A stretch of DNA of 64,000 bases, taken from assembly GCA_036172245.1 (NCBI GenBank), contig JAYWIR010000093.1:1-64000 (forward strand), given 5' to 3'. A program made the translations under genes and the position numbers. How positions within the stretch are numbered: the stretch's first letter is position 1; every line of letters begins with the position of its first letter. Shown in pieces: positions 49,598 through 61,573 of the stretch. Origin of the DNA: Raillietiella orientalis (lineage: Eukaryota). The notes under the pieces are model-generated. The model searched no databases and was not told the origin of the DNA. It was given only the letters and a program-made list of their open reading frames with translations.

Positions 49598-51102
49598 CTT
49601 CCCCGTGTCCAGTGATAACGGCGTGCATTGTAGAGGAGTCCCCAGTGCAACAGCATCAGCGCCGACTCTTGCCATTTTAGGGGAAAGATCCTTGTTTCAG
49701 TTCTTACTGGGGGCCACTTCAGGTCATCAGTCGTGATGCAGAGCAGCTCTCCCCATTTTTTCAGTCTTTGCACAAGGACCCTATGGGTTGTGGCGTCCGC
49801 CAACTGTCCCATTGTCCAAGCGCTCAACAATTTTTCGCTGCCTGCGATATGGCAAGACACTTAGCACCTCGGCGTCCGGCTGCTGACGATTGCCCTACGT
49901 AATAAAGTAGCACCGTCGCCAGGCAGGTCGTCTCTGCCCACGTGCTTCTGGCTGGAAACTCCAGGATCTCGCGTAGAGTGCAGCGGGCGTATCGGCCGCG
50001 TAGCAGACTATTCCATGTCACGTGGCTTTTCTTATTCACAACAGCCTACGTGCCAACTGTTTCATCCAGTTATGCGCTGGAGTTGACGGGGGTGCAGATC
50101 ATCCACGCATTCTCCCTTACAAGGGTGGCTACTCGTCCGAGTAGAAGGCCGCATCCTCTTGTCTTCCTTCCACGACATAAAAGAAGAGATGCGAGTCCTC
50201 CCGTTCCCGATGCACGTCTGGCAAGAAGGCTGGCAGGAACACACCAAAGAATTCTCCATAGCTTGGCTGCGATGGCCAAGGTTTGCCATCGCAGCTGAAA
50301 TTCCATGCGCTCCATTGTCAGGAGGCCTGAACCACCATCACGACGCGGAGCGCACAAGTCCATCAAAGGGACTCAGGGACTCCCCTAGCACCAAAGGGCG
50401 ATGCGCAAGAGGTCCTTTGTCCTCTTTTTTATTTCTTTGGGGACGGGGCAAACAGAAAGTAGGGAAGAAAGGATGTGGGTAGCAAAAGCGTTCCATGGTG
50501 CGGCCCGTTCCGGCAAGTGGAACTTGCCCTCCAGGAACGGATGAATCTCGAAATCCACTTTCTAAAGACGGTCTGACCATGCTTCTAACGGGCAGAAGTC
50601 CACCAGCGGAACGCCAAGGTACTTCAGATGTGTGCCCGCCGGGATCTCCAGGCGGATCCAGACAGGCCGTTCTACTCACGTCGCACCAACTCCACTCATC
50701 GACGATTTTGCCCTGTTGATCCGTAGCCCTGTCCTAGGTCTTAGCAGGTCGGAGAAATGTTCGACTACCGTTGCCGAGGCGGACATTGGGAGCAGTAGCA
50801 AGAGATCGTTGGCATATGAGGAAAGGACAGGCCTACCGGGGCACCAGCTTGGCAAGGCAGCCAAAGTCATCCTGTATGTTCTTAGAACCAACTCGAAGTA
50901 GGTGCTAAAGAGCAGCGGACTTAGACTGTCAACCTGCCGAATCCCGCGGCGCAACGGCAAGCCGTACACGTTCTGCCCTCTGAAGCAGATGTTTGTTAGG
51001 GCGGAGCTCCAGCAGGAGCGCAAGTACGCCGTTCAAGTAGGAGGGAAGCCCATGCGACGCAAAAGCTACAAAAGGAGATCCTGGTCCACGCCGTCGAACG
51101 CC
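49598..51102 (-). mobile_element. Family G RT C-half fragment starting at the AFD motif
   Basis: RRGIRQVDSLSPLLF..SSYANDLLL (ORF 50676-51023); APRRDGGSG; FPLKWQE. Confidence 0.9.
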
Positions 51103-52260
51103 ACATGCGCTCGAGGGCGGACGTGTTTTCCCGGTGCTCCTCGTGCCAGGAAGTCTACTCTAGTGTAAGTGTCGTGTTATTCGGTGGTCGATCAAACAGC
51201 GATGCCTGACGCGACCACCAGGGATGACCAGGGAAGCAGCGCAAACGCCGCCCCCTGGCTCTTCAGAGGCAATGGAGGTAGAGGCATCCATATCCACAGA
51301 ATCGGTCCCCGCTGCAGCGTCGTTGTGTGGACGCCATCGCCTGCAGCCGCGGCGGAATTGTCGGCCTATGTGGAAGAGGGGTACAACCCTTGAATTTTTT
51401 ACAAGATAGGCGATCTGTATTCTTTAGAGTGTGCGCGCGCCTTTTCGAAGGGGATGCGCGATTTCCATGTTAAAGAGGAGGAGCTCAGCGCTATGACCAT
51501 TCGCGGCGAGGGTCAGTACGTTGAGGTCATCTGCAAACAAGCAGAGCTGTTTCAACGACTGCTTTAAACCCCCGTGGTGATGGGGTCGCGCAGGATCCTC
51601 CCCATTAAGGCAAACCGTAGCATTCTGGTCCACATAATCGGCGTGACCGCGAGGATGCGTAAATAACAGGTTTGCGCCGCTTTAGAACAATATGGAACTG
51701 TCCACGCGCAGTAGACGAAGTTCACTCCTTTTAAGAACTACACGGGGCTGAAACAGCCTCACGGCTGCATGCGTGACCGTTCGGGAAGGCTGCACTCTTC
51801 CCCACAAACTGGTGATCGATGACGAAACCGTCGCCCTATGGTATGTGGGGAAGCCGAAATACTGTGGCTTCTGCAATACGTCGGCCCACATCAGAAAAAG
51901 GTGTCCCAAACTGCAGTGCCAAGTATGCGGCGCAATGTTTCACACGAGGGAGGTGTGCCCAAGAGCAGCAGTGCGGGTAGTTTTCAAGAGAAACCTTAAA
52001 AAACGCGCTCGGTTGCTGCACAAAAGGCTGGCGGCGAAAGCTGCCGCGAAGGCTGTGCTACCCGCGCCAAAGACCTAGGCCGCACCCGAGACTCCGAAGA
52101 ACAACGCCGAAAAAGTCCAGGGATCCTTCCAGAAGCCCGATTGACAGGTGGCAACGGCCAAAAATAGCAAAAAGAAGAGAAGGTTGAGGAAAAAAATCGC
52201 CTACCAACAGAAGAAGAAAGTGCAGGGTAGCGCGATAACTAAGGATTGCAGCATCGTCGT
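51103..52260 (+). mobile_element. Family A-like 5' fragment (degenerate ORF1)
   Basis: 5' motif at 51119-51140; LSAYVEEGYNP; CGFCNTSAHIRKRC and CQVCGAMFHTREVC. Confidence 0.9.
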
Positions 52261-55200
52261 TTATTACCCGGTTGCGCCGGGACGTTTATTATAATATCAA
52301 CTGGGAACTGTGTTCCCAGGCAAGGGGAACAGAAAATAGGGAGTAGATTTCCGGGAACGCACTCCGGGCACACTTAAAGTTCGGAACGGGAGGTGGTGGG
52401 ACAATGAATAAATAAATTGGTTGGAAGGGCGGGGACAGGGGTATACCGTCTAACCGTTCCTATTCACAGAACCGGCGGTGAAAGCCGCCGATCTCCGTCC
52501 TCACTTCTGCTCCAATCTAATGGCCACCCGGAAACCATTTGCAGGTTGCAGGATGCGGTGTCGGGGACCACTGTTGGGACTGCTCGCATCTGCAATACGT
52601 GGCGGGCCCTGACAATGGCGCGGACGCAGCAGATGATTGCGACGACCGCTCCAAGAGAAAGTCCGCCACGCGTGTAGAAGCGGCGCATCCAATCCAGTGA
52701 GGTGTGTCCAGGGTGCAGGAGCGCTGAAGACAGCCGCTGCCACAGCTCCTGCAGGGCACCGCACTCAAACAGCAAATGCGGAAGCGATTCCACCGCTCCG
52801 CATTTGGCACAGTTCGGGGACGCAACTCCCCCGGAAATCAGGTGCGCCCGCAGGTTGCAGTACAAACCCCAATGCACCAGCACAAAAGCGTCCTGCTTCC
52901 ACCGAAGGGGGAAGAGAGTCGCGTCCAAACACGCAGAAGGGACCACAAGTTCATCGGTGGGCACCCCGAGGAGCTCACACCACCGGAGAAGACCCTTTGC
53001 AAGAATGCGAGGTGTGGCAGCGTCTGCCACTTCGCAATTCCTCCAACCGCTCAGCAGTCGGGTTTCGCCTGCGATTTCGCAAGTGATCTCCCACCTCGCC
53101 GGCAGGTCACTATCATCTCGCACCATCAGTGCACACAGTGCTTCGGCGAGTGGCGTCGCGGCTAGGCGTGTCCATTGGTCCTGGTCTTCCAGCACCTTCT
53201 CCACTGGACAGTATGGGGAAAGTTTCACGCAACGGAGTTCCAAACGGGACACATCCTGTTGCGCTGCCCAGGACGATAAGGCTTTCTGCCTTCAGGCGTT
53301 GAAGTTCGTCAGCCGGCAGGAGATCCACTCATGCTTTCCCAGAAGCGTGGCGAGCTGCTTCAAAGGGAAGCCGAATCCTCTCTGGGCGCGCTCCGTGCGC
53401 AGATGCAACGAACGTAGTCCGTCGCCACCCGTGCAGCGCCGCAGTAGCAGCCGCGCTGGAGCACACCAAGGAGTCGTCAAAGGCTGGGCGCAAAGAGCCA
53501 GCATGCGGAACTGCACTAGCAGTCCGATCCGCTCCAGCGTCAGCATGCCCAATCCTGCATCCCGCCGAGGAGCCGCCAAGTCCTTCAGGCGTATCCTGAA
53601 CCACGCCGGTCCCCACACGGCGTTACGCAACAGGCGTTGCGCCCGGCACTTAGCCGAGTAGGGAGGGGAACAAACCAAAAAGAGGGGACGGAGGAGGGGG
53701 GCAACGAAAATGTTCCACACGAATGCCTATTCCGACAGGAGAAATCTGCTGCCTTGGAACGGGCCCAGAGCGGTCTCGGCCTTGTGAATGCAGTCCTAAC
53801 ACGCTTCTGCGGGACAGAAGGCGCCCAAGGGAACGCCGAGGTAATTCAAGCACCTGCCCGTGGGGATCCCCAGGCGGATCCAGTCGGACTGTTCCTCCCA
53901 CGTACAGCCATCCGGTACAACGGTTCATTTCGTCCTGTTGACGCTCAGGCCCGCACCGCGACGAATGAGCTCGAAGAAGTCCTCGAGCCTGGTCGCCGGG
54001 GTGGACATGGGCAGCAGCAGAAGGTCGTCAGCATAGGCGGCCACGGCCGGTGTTCCCGGGCAGGAGCTCGGCAGGTTGGCCAGCGTCAGCCTGTACGCCC
54101 TCAGCACCAACTCAAAGAAGATGCTAAAGAGCAGGGGGCTTCAGCTGTCTCCCTGCCTGATACCCCGCCGTATGGGAATGCCGTACAAGTGGAGCCCGCT
54201 GAAAGAGATACAGCATAACGCGTGGCGCCAGCAGGAGCGCAAGTAGGCGATGACGTGGCTCGGGAGGCCTAGGCGTCCCAGAAGCTCCAGAAGAAGGTCC
54301 TGGTTTACGCTGTCGAACGCTTTGCAGAGATCGACGGCGACCGCTAAGGCTCCCGGCGTTTTATCGTCCCTTGAACACCGCCGCTTTCCTTTGTAAGCGG
54401 CGATTTCGGCTGCCTGGCTCTGCTGCGCCATGCACTGCTACAACTCGAATCATGTTCGCGCGAAGAAGAGATTCGCGTCCATGGTCCGCCCCGGAACAGC
54501 ATACGTCTGCTTTGGGCTTACCAAGGACTCTGCGATTCTCCCCAGGCGCGCGACCCATAGCCTGGAGAACAACTTGACGTCCGAATTCACCAATGTGATG
54601 GGACGCCAGTTGCTGAGATGGCGCAAATCACCGCCTTCCGGCAGGAGCCGCACGTTTGCTGAGCGGAAAGAAGCGGAAACATCTCCCTTCTCACGCATCA
54701 GCGAGGAAAGGCTTAGCACCAGGGGGACGAGCTCCGCCGCGAAGCACTGAAAGAACTCCGCGGGCAGGCCATCCTCCCCAGGCGCCTCACGCATCTTCAG
54801 GCCCGCTACGGCAGTAGATACTTCTTCCGTCCTGAAGGCCCAATCCAATCTGGCGCGTTCCTCCTCGTCGATAGCAGGATTGCCCGTCAGAAGAAGCAGC
54901 TCGGAGAGACTGCTTTCCGTGGGCTCCTCCGCGTACAACGAGGAGTAGTAGCGCTTGACTACGTGGTGTACTTCGGCTGCAGCCGAGCATTCCTGGCCAG
55001 CGTCATCGAGCAGAAAAGCCGATCCAGACTGTCAAACCTGGCGCTCGGCCCTAGCCTTCTACTCCGCCAGACGCCGGACGTCCGGGCATCGTGCAAAGGT
55101 ACGCGCCTGCAGATAGGATCTGCTGTTCGCGACACCCTCCCCGAAGCCGCGGGTAAGCAGGTGCAAGGAAAACCGGCAGCAGGACTCGCGGACCGATCTT

Positions 55201-57374
55201 TTCAGATCGTCCCAGTCCTCGAGTTCACAGATGGCGAAGCCCCGGAGGTGTTGGCGGAGATGCTCCGCCGCCTCCGAATTGGTAAGCCAGTCGGCCGGCA
55301 ACCTCCAGACATTCATCGGAGGCCCTTTGCCAGGCGGGAGGAGCTCGAACTCCAGTCTAGGATGATCCGAAATCGCGGACAGCAGGCGCCCTCTCCGACC
55401 TACTCGTGAGAGCTGGTGTTCATCGAGGAACGCATGGTCCGGCGATCTCTCCATCCCGGGCTCACCAGCAAGCAAGTTTTGCACGCGCACGGACGCGCAT
55501 ACCTCGCTCACCAGTTGCTTGTCCCTCAAGCGGGATCTCTCCTCTGTTAGCAGGTGGACGTTGAAGTCTCCTGCAAGGAGGTGCGCCACGTTAGGGCCGG
55601 AGTCATCGAGCCAGCGGCTGCGCCGGCCACCCAGGAATGCAAGTCGCTGGGCGTAATGCCGGCCGCCGCTCGGCGCGTCGATGTTCGTAACGACCAGATC
55701 GATCGATTCGGACCACTTGAGGACAAGTTGGCCCACACGACCTTCCTCGTCGAAACAAACGCTCCGCACCGCTCCCGCCACCCTGCCCCGAACAAGGAAT
55801 GCGACTCCGCAGGTATTCTGGGAGCCTGACCTTCAATGGAGCGTCCCGCCTGCGCGAACTTGCAGATCGGCCGCTTGCTGCTAGGAGAGTGCGTGAATCT
55901 TTCGCAGCATGGATAGATCGAAGTCGCGCAAGACGTTGGCAACCAATCGCCTCTTCACGTTGTCCTGCAGCCCGTTGACGTTCCAACAGGCAACGCGAAC
56001 GCGACGGGAAGAAGCGAGACCGCGCATTGCTGCTACGGACATGGAGATGCGTTCCTCGCCCCGTCCGGCGAGGTATCAGCCGGGAGCACATCGGATGAGG
56101 TAGCGCAAGCGCTTCCTGTCCCCGCCGCGCCGCTCGCGGCTGGCTCGGTGGAGTCGAGGACCATTGCCATCGGGAACCGTTCCCGGCATCAGGCTCTTGC
56201 CTGGCAAGTTTTGGCTTGAGCGCAGTTCTGGCCTTGACCGGGGCTTGGCGAGCCTTAGCGCTGCCCTCGGACTCCACCTTGGAGTCCGAATTGCGCGTGC
56301 GCGGCGGGCGTTTCGCCTGCCTCTTTTTTTGCTGGCAGCCCGGAGCTGGTACAGCACTCTTAGAGGGTGCCTTCGTCGCCGATCCCCCTTTCGGGGTCAC
56401 GGCTTCGGCGGCTCCCCTCTCGCCGCGGGTGTTTGCGGCGGCGCGCGCGGCGGCAGCAAAGGCTTTTCCTTGCGCCTTTCTGGGCGCGCGGAGTTGCCTC
56501 TTCAGCCCGCCTACCTTTTTGATCGGGAAGTGGGAAGGATCGCGCGGTTTGCGCTCCTTCTTTCCCCCGACGAAGGTCCAGCCATCCTCGCCGCCTTCCT
56601 GTTTGCCTCGGTTGGGCGCGAGGGCTTCCAGGGTCCTTCGCATTTTTCCCAAGGCCTCGGAAACGGCGATGGAGGCCAGAGTCTCCTTCGCCATTTCTGC
56701 CTTCTGCACCTCCTTACCGAAAGGTGCGGGCAGAGTGGCGGGATTCTTGGGGGTCGCGCGAGGCTTTTCAGCCTTTGCTGGCGTTCGGCATGCCGTGGCC
56801 GGCTTGCCTGTCGTGGGCAAAGGGGCGCGCGACCGCTTTTTCGACGCTCAGGTGGACTTCCCGGGCGTGCCACCGCTATTTCGCTCCGGAGCGAGAGCGG
56901 ACGGTAGCGGCGGTTTTGCAGTCTGCCCGAGGATTTTTCCAGACTGCTTTGCTCGGGGATTGTTTTTAGCTGCTTGGAAAAGCTTTTTGTCCTTTTGCGC
57001 GGGCTTTCAAGGAGCATTGCTCCCAGACACGCTTGCGCAATCGCACTTTGTGCTTGTCCGCTGCGGAACCTCGTTCGCGCCGGATTTCTTATCTGACGAC
57101 GGGGCGGATGGAGTCGGCGCGGACGGCGATGTTGCAAGGAGGTTTTTCGTCTTCCTCTTTCGTTTTAGCTCGACGCATTCGTTAATCGAGTAACCGAGCA
57201 GCTTACAGTATCGGCAACTGCGTGTTGGGCACTTCCGTGGACGGTGGCCCTCCTTCCCGCAGTTACCGCAAACTGGGGTTTGCCCGGCAAACCGCAGATA
57301 GACGACGACGTCACCGAGTAGGATCTGCGAAGGCATGAGCCTCCGGTCGTTCATAGTGACGCGCGCCGTGGCGA
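52261..57374 (-). mobile_element. Family C copy C2, nearly full length (ORF1 C-half, APE, RT with YADD, zinc finger, 3'UTR), mutated
   Basis: CGNCGKEGHRPRKC (ORF 57007-57354); GDFN and SDH (55059-55781); APGEDGLP and NWRPIT (54450-54938); KAFDSV; AYADD (53925-54110); CAKCGAVESLPHLLFEC; hairpin at 52261-52290. Confidence 0.95.
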
Positions 57375-59489
57375 TTCACACCCGGATGTGCCGGGGCATT
57401 TATTTCATTGAAATAAAATTACATCGAAATGTCGCGTGGCGAACCCGAAGGTTCACCACTCCAAAACAGCTTCCTGGTTACCGGCTCCATGCCGGAGAGG
57501 TCCTTCCGATGCGCGGGGATGGGAAATAAAGAAAAACAAAAAGAAACAAAAAGCTCAAATGTGGGGGGGAACAAATGTTGTAGGGGTGGGAGGGCGGGAA
57601 GGGATCACGATGCGCGTGGACAGGTCCTCTAGATCCTGTTCAGGATCCGCACAAGCTGAGTCCTTTCAGCGCCTAAGTGGCGCCACTTGCAGACACTGCG
57701 CGCGAAAAGGCAAGTCCAGTGTAAGGCGTTGCCGGTTGGCTGACGCCTTCTTCTGGTGGCGTTCCAAGCCGCCACTATTCCTCTGATGCAGCAGAGGAAT
57801 GCTACACTACCGGGAGGGGACAAGGCGTCACTACAGAAGAGGCGCCTTAAAACGTCCTTGGGGCCGCATCCGCGCAAGTCCAGGATCGCCGTAAGACGAT
57901 CCCATAAAGGGCGGATGGCACTGCGCTAAATGAGAAAGGGGGGGAAAGTTTCTTTTTCCCCAAACCGGTCACAATTAGGATCCACAGCCCCCCGGGTGGT
58001 ATGGTGCAGGCGTGCTTTGAATGGACATCTTCAGAGTACCACAAGCAACGCCACATCCTGCCATTTAAGGGGGAGGGACCCACTGTACCAGGACGCTGGG
58101 GGCCACTTCATCTCCTCCGGAGATAGTCCGAGTAGCTCGCCCCAGCGTTGAATTCCGTGGGGCGGGACACTCGGCGTCGCAGCGTCCGCTGGCTGAGGAG
58201 ATGTCCACGCCTTTAACGGTTGTGTCCTTCCGTTTACGGTGCAGAAAATGGTCCATTTCCCCAGCTCCCTACTGTCCTTAACATTGATAAGGAAGGGCAG
58301 CACTGGGGCAAGAGGGGTTATCAAGGACCACATAAGCTTTTCGTGGGACTGCACGATCTTCTGCAGCGCCCAGCGCGCATGCATTTTAAGCAAGTGTTCT
58401 TCGTGCCCGCCGGTACGTAGATCTTTTCCCAGGTGGACACTGACTCGTGCAACAATCGCCAGTAGTTCCCTGGGAGGCAGGAGATCCAGGCGTTCTCATG
58501 TACCACAACGTCCATCCGACGCAGGAGAAAGCCGCCGTGTGCTTCTCTGCAGTTGCGCGCAAGCAGAAACGACAAAAGTCCGCCGAATCTGTAGGCTCGT
58601 TGGGCCAGGAGGCGTGCTGGAACGCACCAAGGCGTGTCCCACAATTCGGTTGCGAGGGCGAGAGTCCTGAATCGCAGTTGGAGTTCCATGCGCTCCAGCG
58701 TAAGTACGCAGAGTCCTCCGTTCTTACCTGGAGCGCACAAATCTTTGAGCCTCACATGGGACTTCCCTATGCCCCAAAGGACTATCCTCAGAAGGCCCGC
58801 TGCTCGTTTTCGAGTAAAATAAGGGGCCAGGCAAACAAAAAGTAGGGGGCGAAGGAGGGGGGCCGCAAACGCGTCACACACCACGGCCCGTTCCTGCAAG
58901 TAGAACTTGCTTTCTTGGAATGGACCTATCGCCAACGCTGTTTTTTAAAGACGGTCGGACAAGGCTTCTGCTGCGCAGAAGTCCACCGACGGAACGTCAA
59001 GGTACTTGAAGCACCTGCCCATGGGCATCCCCAAGCGGATCCAGTCCGACCGTCCAGCCCACGCCCAACCGACAATGACCATGGACGACTTCGCCCTGTT
59101 TACCTCCAGGCCCGTCCCGCGGCGCAACAACTTGAAGAAGTCCTCGAGCGCACTCGCCGGGGTGGACCCGGGAAGCAGCAGCAGAGATCGTCTGCATAGG
59201 CCGACACGGCAGGCGTTCCGGCACACGAGCTCGGCAGAGTTGCCAGAGTTACCCTGTATGCCCTCAGTACCAACTCGAAGTAGATGCTGAAGAGCAAGGG
59301 GTTCAGGCTGTCACCCTGGCGTATGCCGGGGCGCACTGGCACGCCGTACACGTGCCGGCCGCTGAAAGCAACATTTATGTACGCGTTGCGCCAGCAGGAG
59401 CGCAGGTAACACCGGAGCACGGACGGGAAACCCATGCGTTCCAGGAGCTCCAGAAGGAGATCCTGGTCGACGCAGTCCAATGCTTTACG
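57375..59489 (-). mobile_element. Family B copy B2, 3' half (paralog of 34307-36422)
   Basis: DCVDQ..GIRQGDSLNP..AYADDL; C-terminal peptide identical to that in ORF 34560-34838; terminal hairpin at 57375-57404. Confidence 0.95.
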
Positions 59490-61573
59490 TTGGCTAGAGC
59501 GGACGTGTTTCCTCCATGCTCCTCATGCCAGGAAGTCTCCCCCAGTGCAAGCGTCGTGTGGTTCGGTGGTCGATCAGGCAGCCATCCCTGACGCGACCAC
59601 CAGGGATGGCCAGGGGGCAGCGGCAACGCCGCCCCCAGAGGCGATGGAGAGCCAGGGGGCGGCGGCAACGTCGCCCCCGGAGGCGATTAAGGTGGGGGCA
59701 TCCGCCCCCACAGAATCGGTCCCCGCTGCAGCGCGGGCGTGGAGCGCCGTTGTGTCGGCGCCATCGCCTGCAGCCGCGGCGGAATTGTCGGCCTATGTAG
59801 AGGAGGGGTACAACCCCTCATTGTTATACAAAGTAGGCAATTTATATTCTTCAGAGAGCGCGCGCGCCTTCTCGAAGGGCATGCGCGCTCTCGATGTGAA
59901 AGAGGAGGAGCTCAGCGCTATGACCATCCGAGGCGGGGGTCAGTACGTTGAGGTCATTTGCAAACATGCAGAGCTGGCCCAACGACTGCTAAAAACCCCC
60001 GTTGTGATGGGGACGCGCAGGCTCCTCCCCACTACGGCGGACCGCAGCATGGTGGTCCACCTGTTAGGCGTAACCGCGCGAATGCGCAAAGAACAGGTTC
60101 GCGCCGCTCTGGAACAGTTCGGAACGGTCCACGCGCAGTGGACGAAAGTTAGTCCTTTCGAGGACTACACGGGGCTGCAACACGGCCTCACGGCTGCGCG
60201 CGAGACCGTTCGGGAGGGCTGCACTCTTCCCCACAAACTAAAGGTCGAAGGAGAAACCGTGGACCTCTGGTATGCGGGGAAGCCGAAATACAGCGGCTTC
60301 TGCAATACGTCGGGCCACCTCTAAAAGAGGTGTCCCAAAGTGCAGTGCCAAGTATGCAACACAATTGGTCACACGAGGGAGGTGTGCCTAAAAGCAGCAG
60401 TGCGGGTGGTTTCCAAGAGAAACCTTAAAAAACGCGCCCGGCTTCTGCAGAAAAGGCTGGCGGCGAAAGCTGCCGCGAAGGCTGTGCCACCCGCGCCCAA
60501 GACCCAGGCCGCAACCGAGACATCAGCGACCAACGCCGAAAAAGTCGAGGGAGCCGGCCAGGAGACTGGGTGGCAATTGGCAACGGCCAAAAAATCAAAG
60601 GAGAGGAGAATGGTGAAAAAAATCGCCTATTAACAGAAGAAGAAAGAGCAGGGTAGTGCGATAATTAAAGAGTGCAGCGTCGTCGTCGAACGCGTTCTCG
60701 ATTTTGCCGAACGTTGCCAGAAAGAACTCGCCGCTACCGACGACAACCCCTCTTTTCACTCTGTCGACAGCCAGGGGAGCGAGCCGGCGGCGGCGTCCGT
60801 CATCGACACCACCATCGATGACGTGGCTTCCGAGCGGGCCGCGTAGGAGCTGGCAGCCTCGTTGCAGCCAGAACCCTCCAAGGCTGGCAAGAAGGCCGTA
60901 AGGAGTCCGGCCTCCCCTCAGGAGTCCCCCACTTCCGACCCCGAGGTGGAGGCCGGAAGCGCAGCCTCCGTTTCCACGGCACCGCGCAAGAAGGCTGCAC
61001 GTAAGTCCACAAAGCCTAGGAAGCTCGTCTCCTCCGTCGAAGGGGAAGAGATGGCTTCCGCAACCTACAGTGCAATGAGCGTGGGAAACTCGCGGGACCC
61101 GTCGCCTGAGATACTCCCAGGCGCGGAGACCGAGGGGATGGAGGGGGTGGAGGCCGAACAGGTGCCTCAGGTGGCTGAGAAGGCCGAAAGCTCCATGGAC
61201 ATCCCGCCCGCATCGCAAGAGACGGGCTTCCCCACACCTTAATCTTCCCAGCAGTAATGCCGGGAATCTCCTCCCGCCGTCGTCTGCGCATCGCCGTTTG
61301 GAACGTGAACGGCATGACAGACGCCGGCAGGAGACGAGACATGGCCGCCCTTCTGGAGTCCTACGACCTTGCGCTGCTGCAGGAGATCCACGTGATCTCT
61401 GCAGAACAAGCGCAAGAGATCGAACGGATCTCCGGAAGGCGGCTGTGGTATAGGTGTGGGAGACCGAAAAGTTGCGGTGTCGCCTACCTGCTTCGGCCAG
61501 CGGTCGAGGCCGCGGCTCGGGGCGTGCGGTTCGACGATCACGGTCGTGTCGGCCAGCTGACTCTCAGGTGGTC
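59490..61573 (+). mobile_element. Family A copy A3: 5'UTR, ORF1 with stops, APE N-half
   Basis: ORFs 59434-60324, 60340-60633, 60862-61242; TAATG at 61255-61259; MPGISSRRRLRIAVWNVNG identical to A1. Confidence 0.93.

Noticed and set aside
45455..57193. Long antisense ORFs (45455-46735, 46644-47951, 52702-53661, 56216-57193)
   Set aside because: Shadow frames of GC-rich LINE ORFs; no motifs of their own and not conserved between families.
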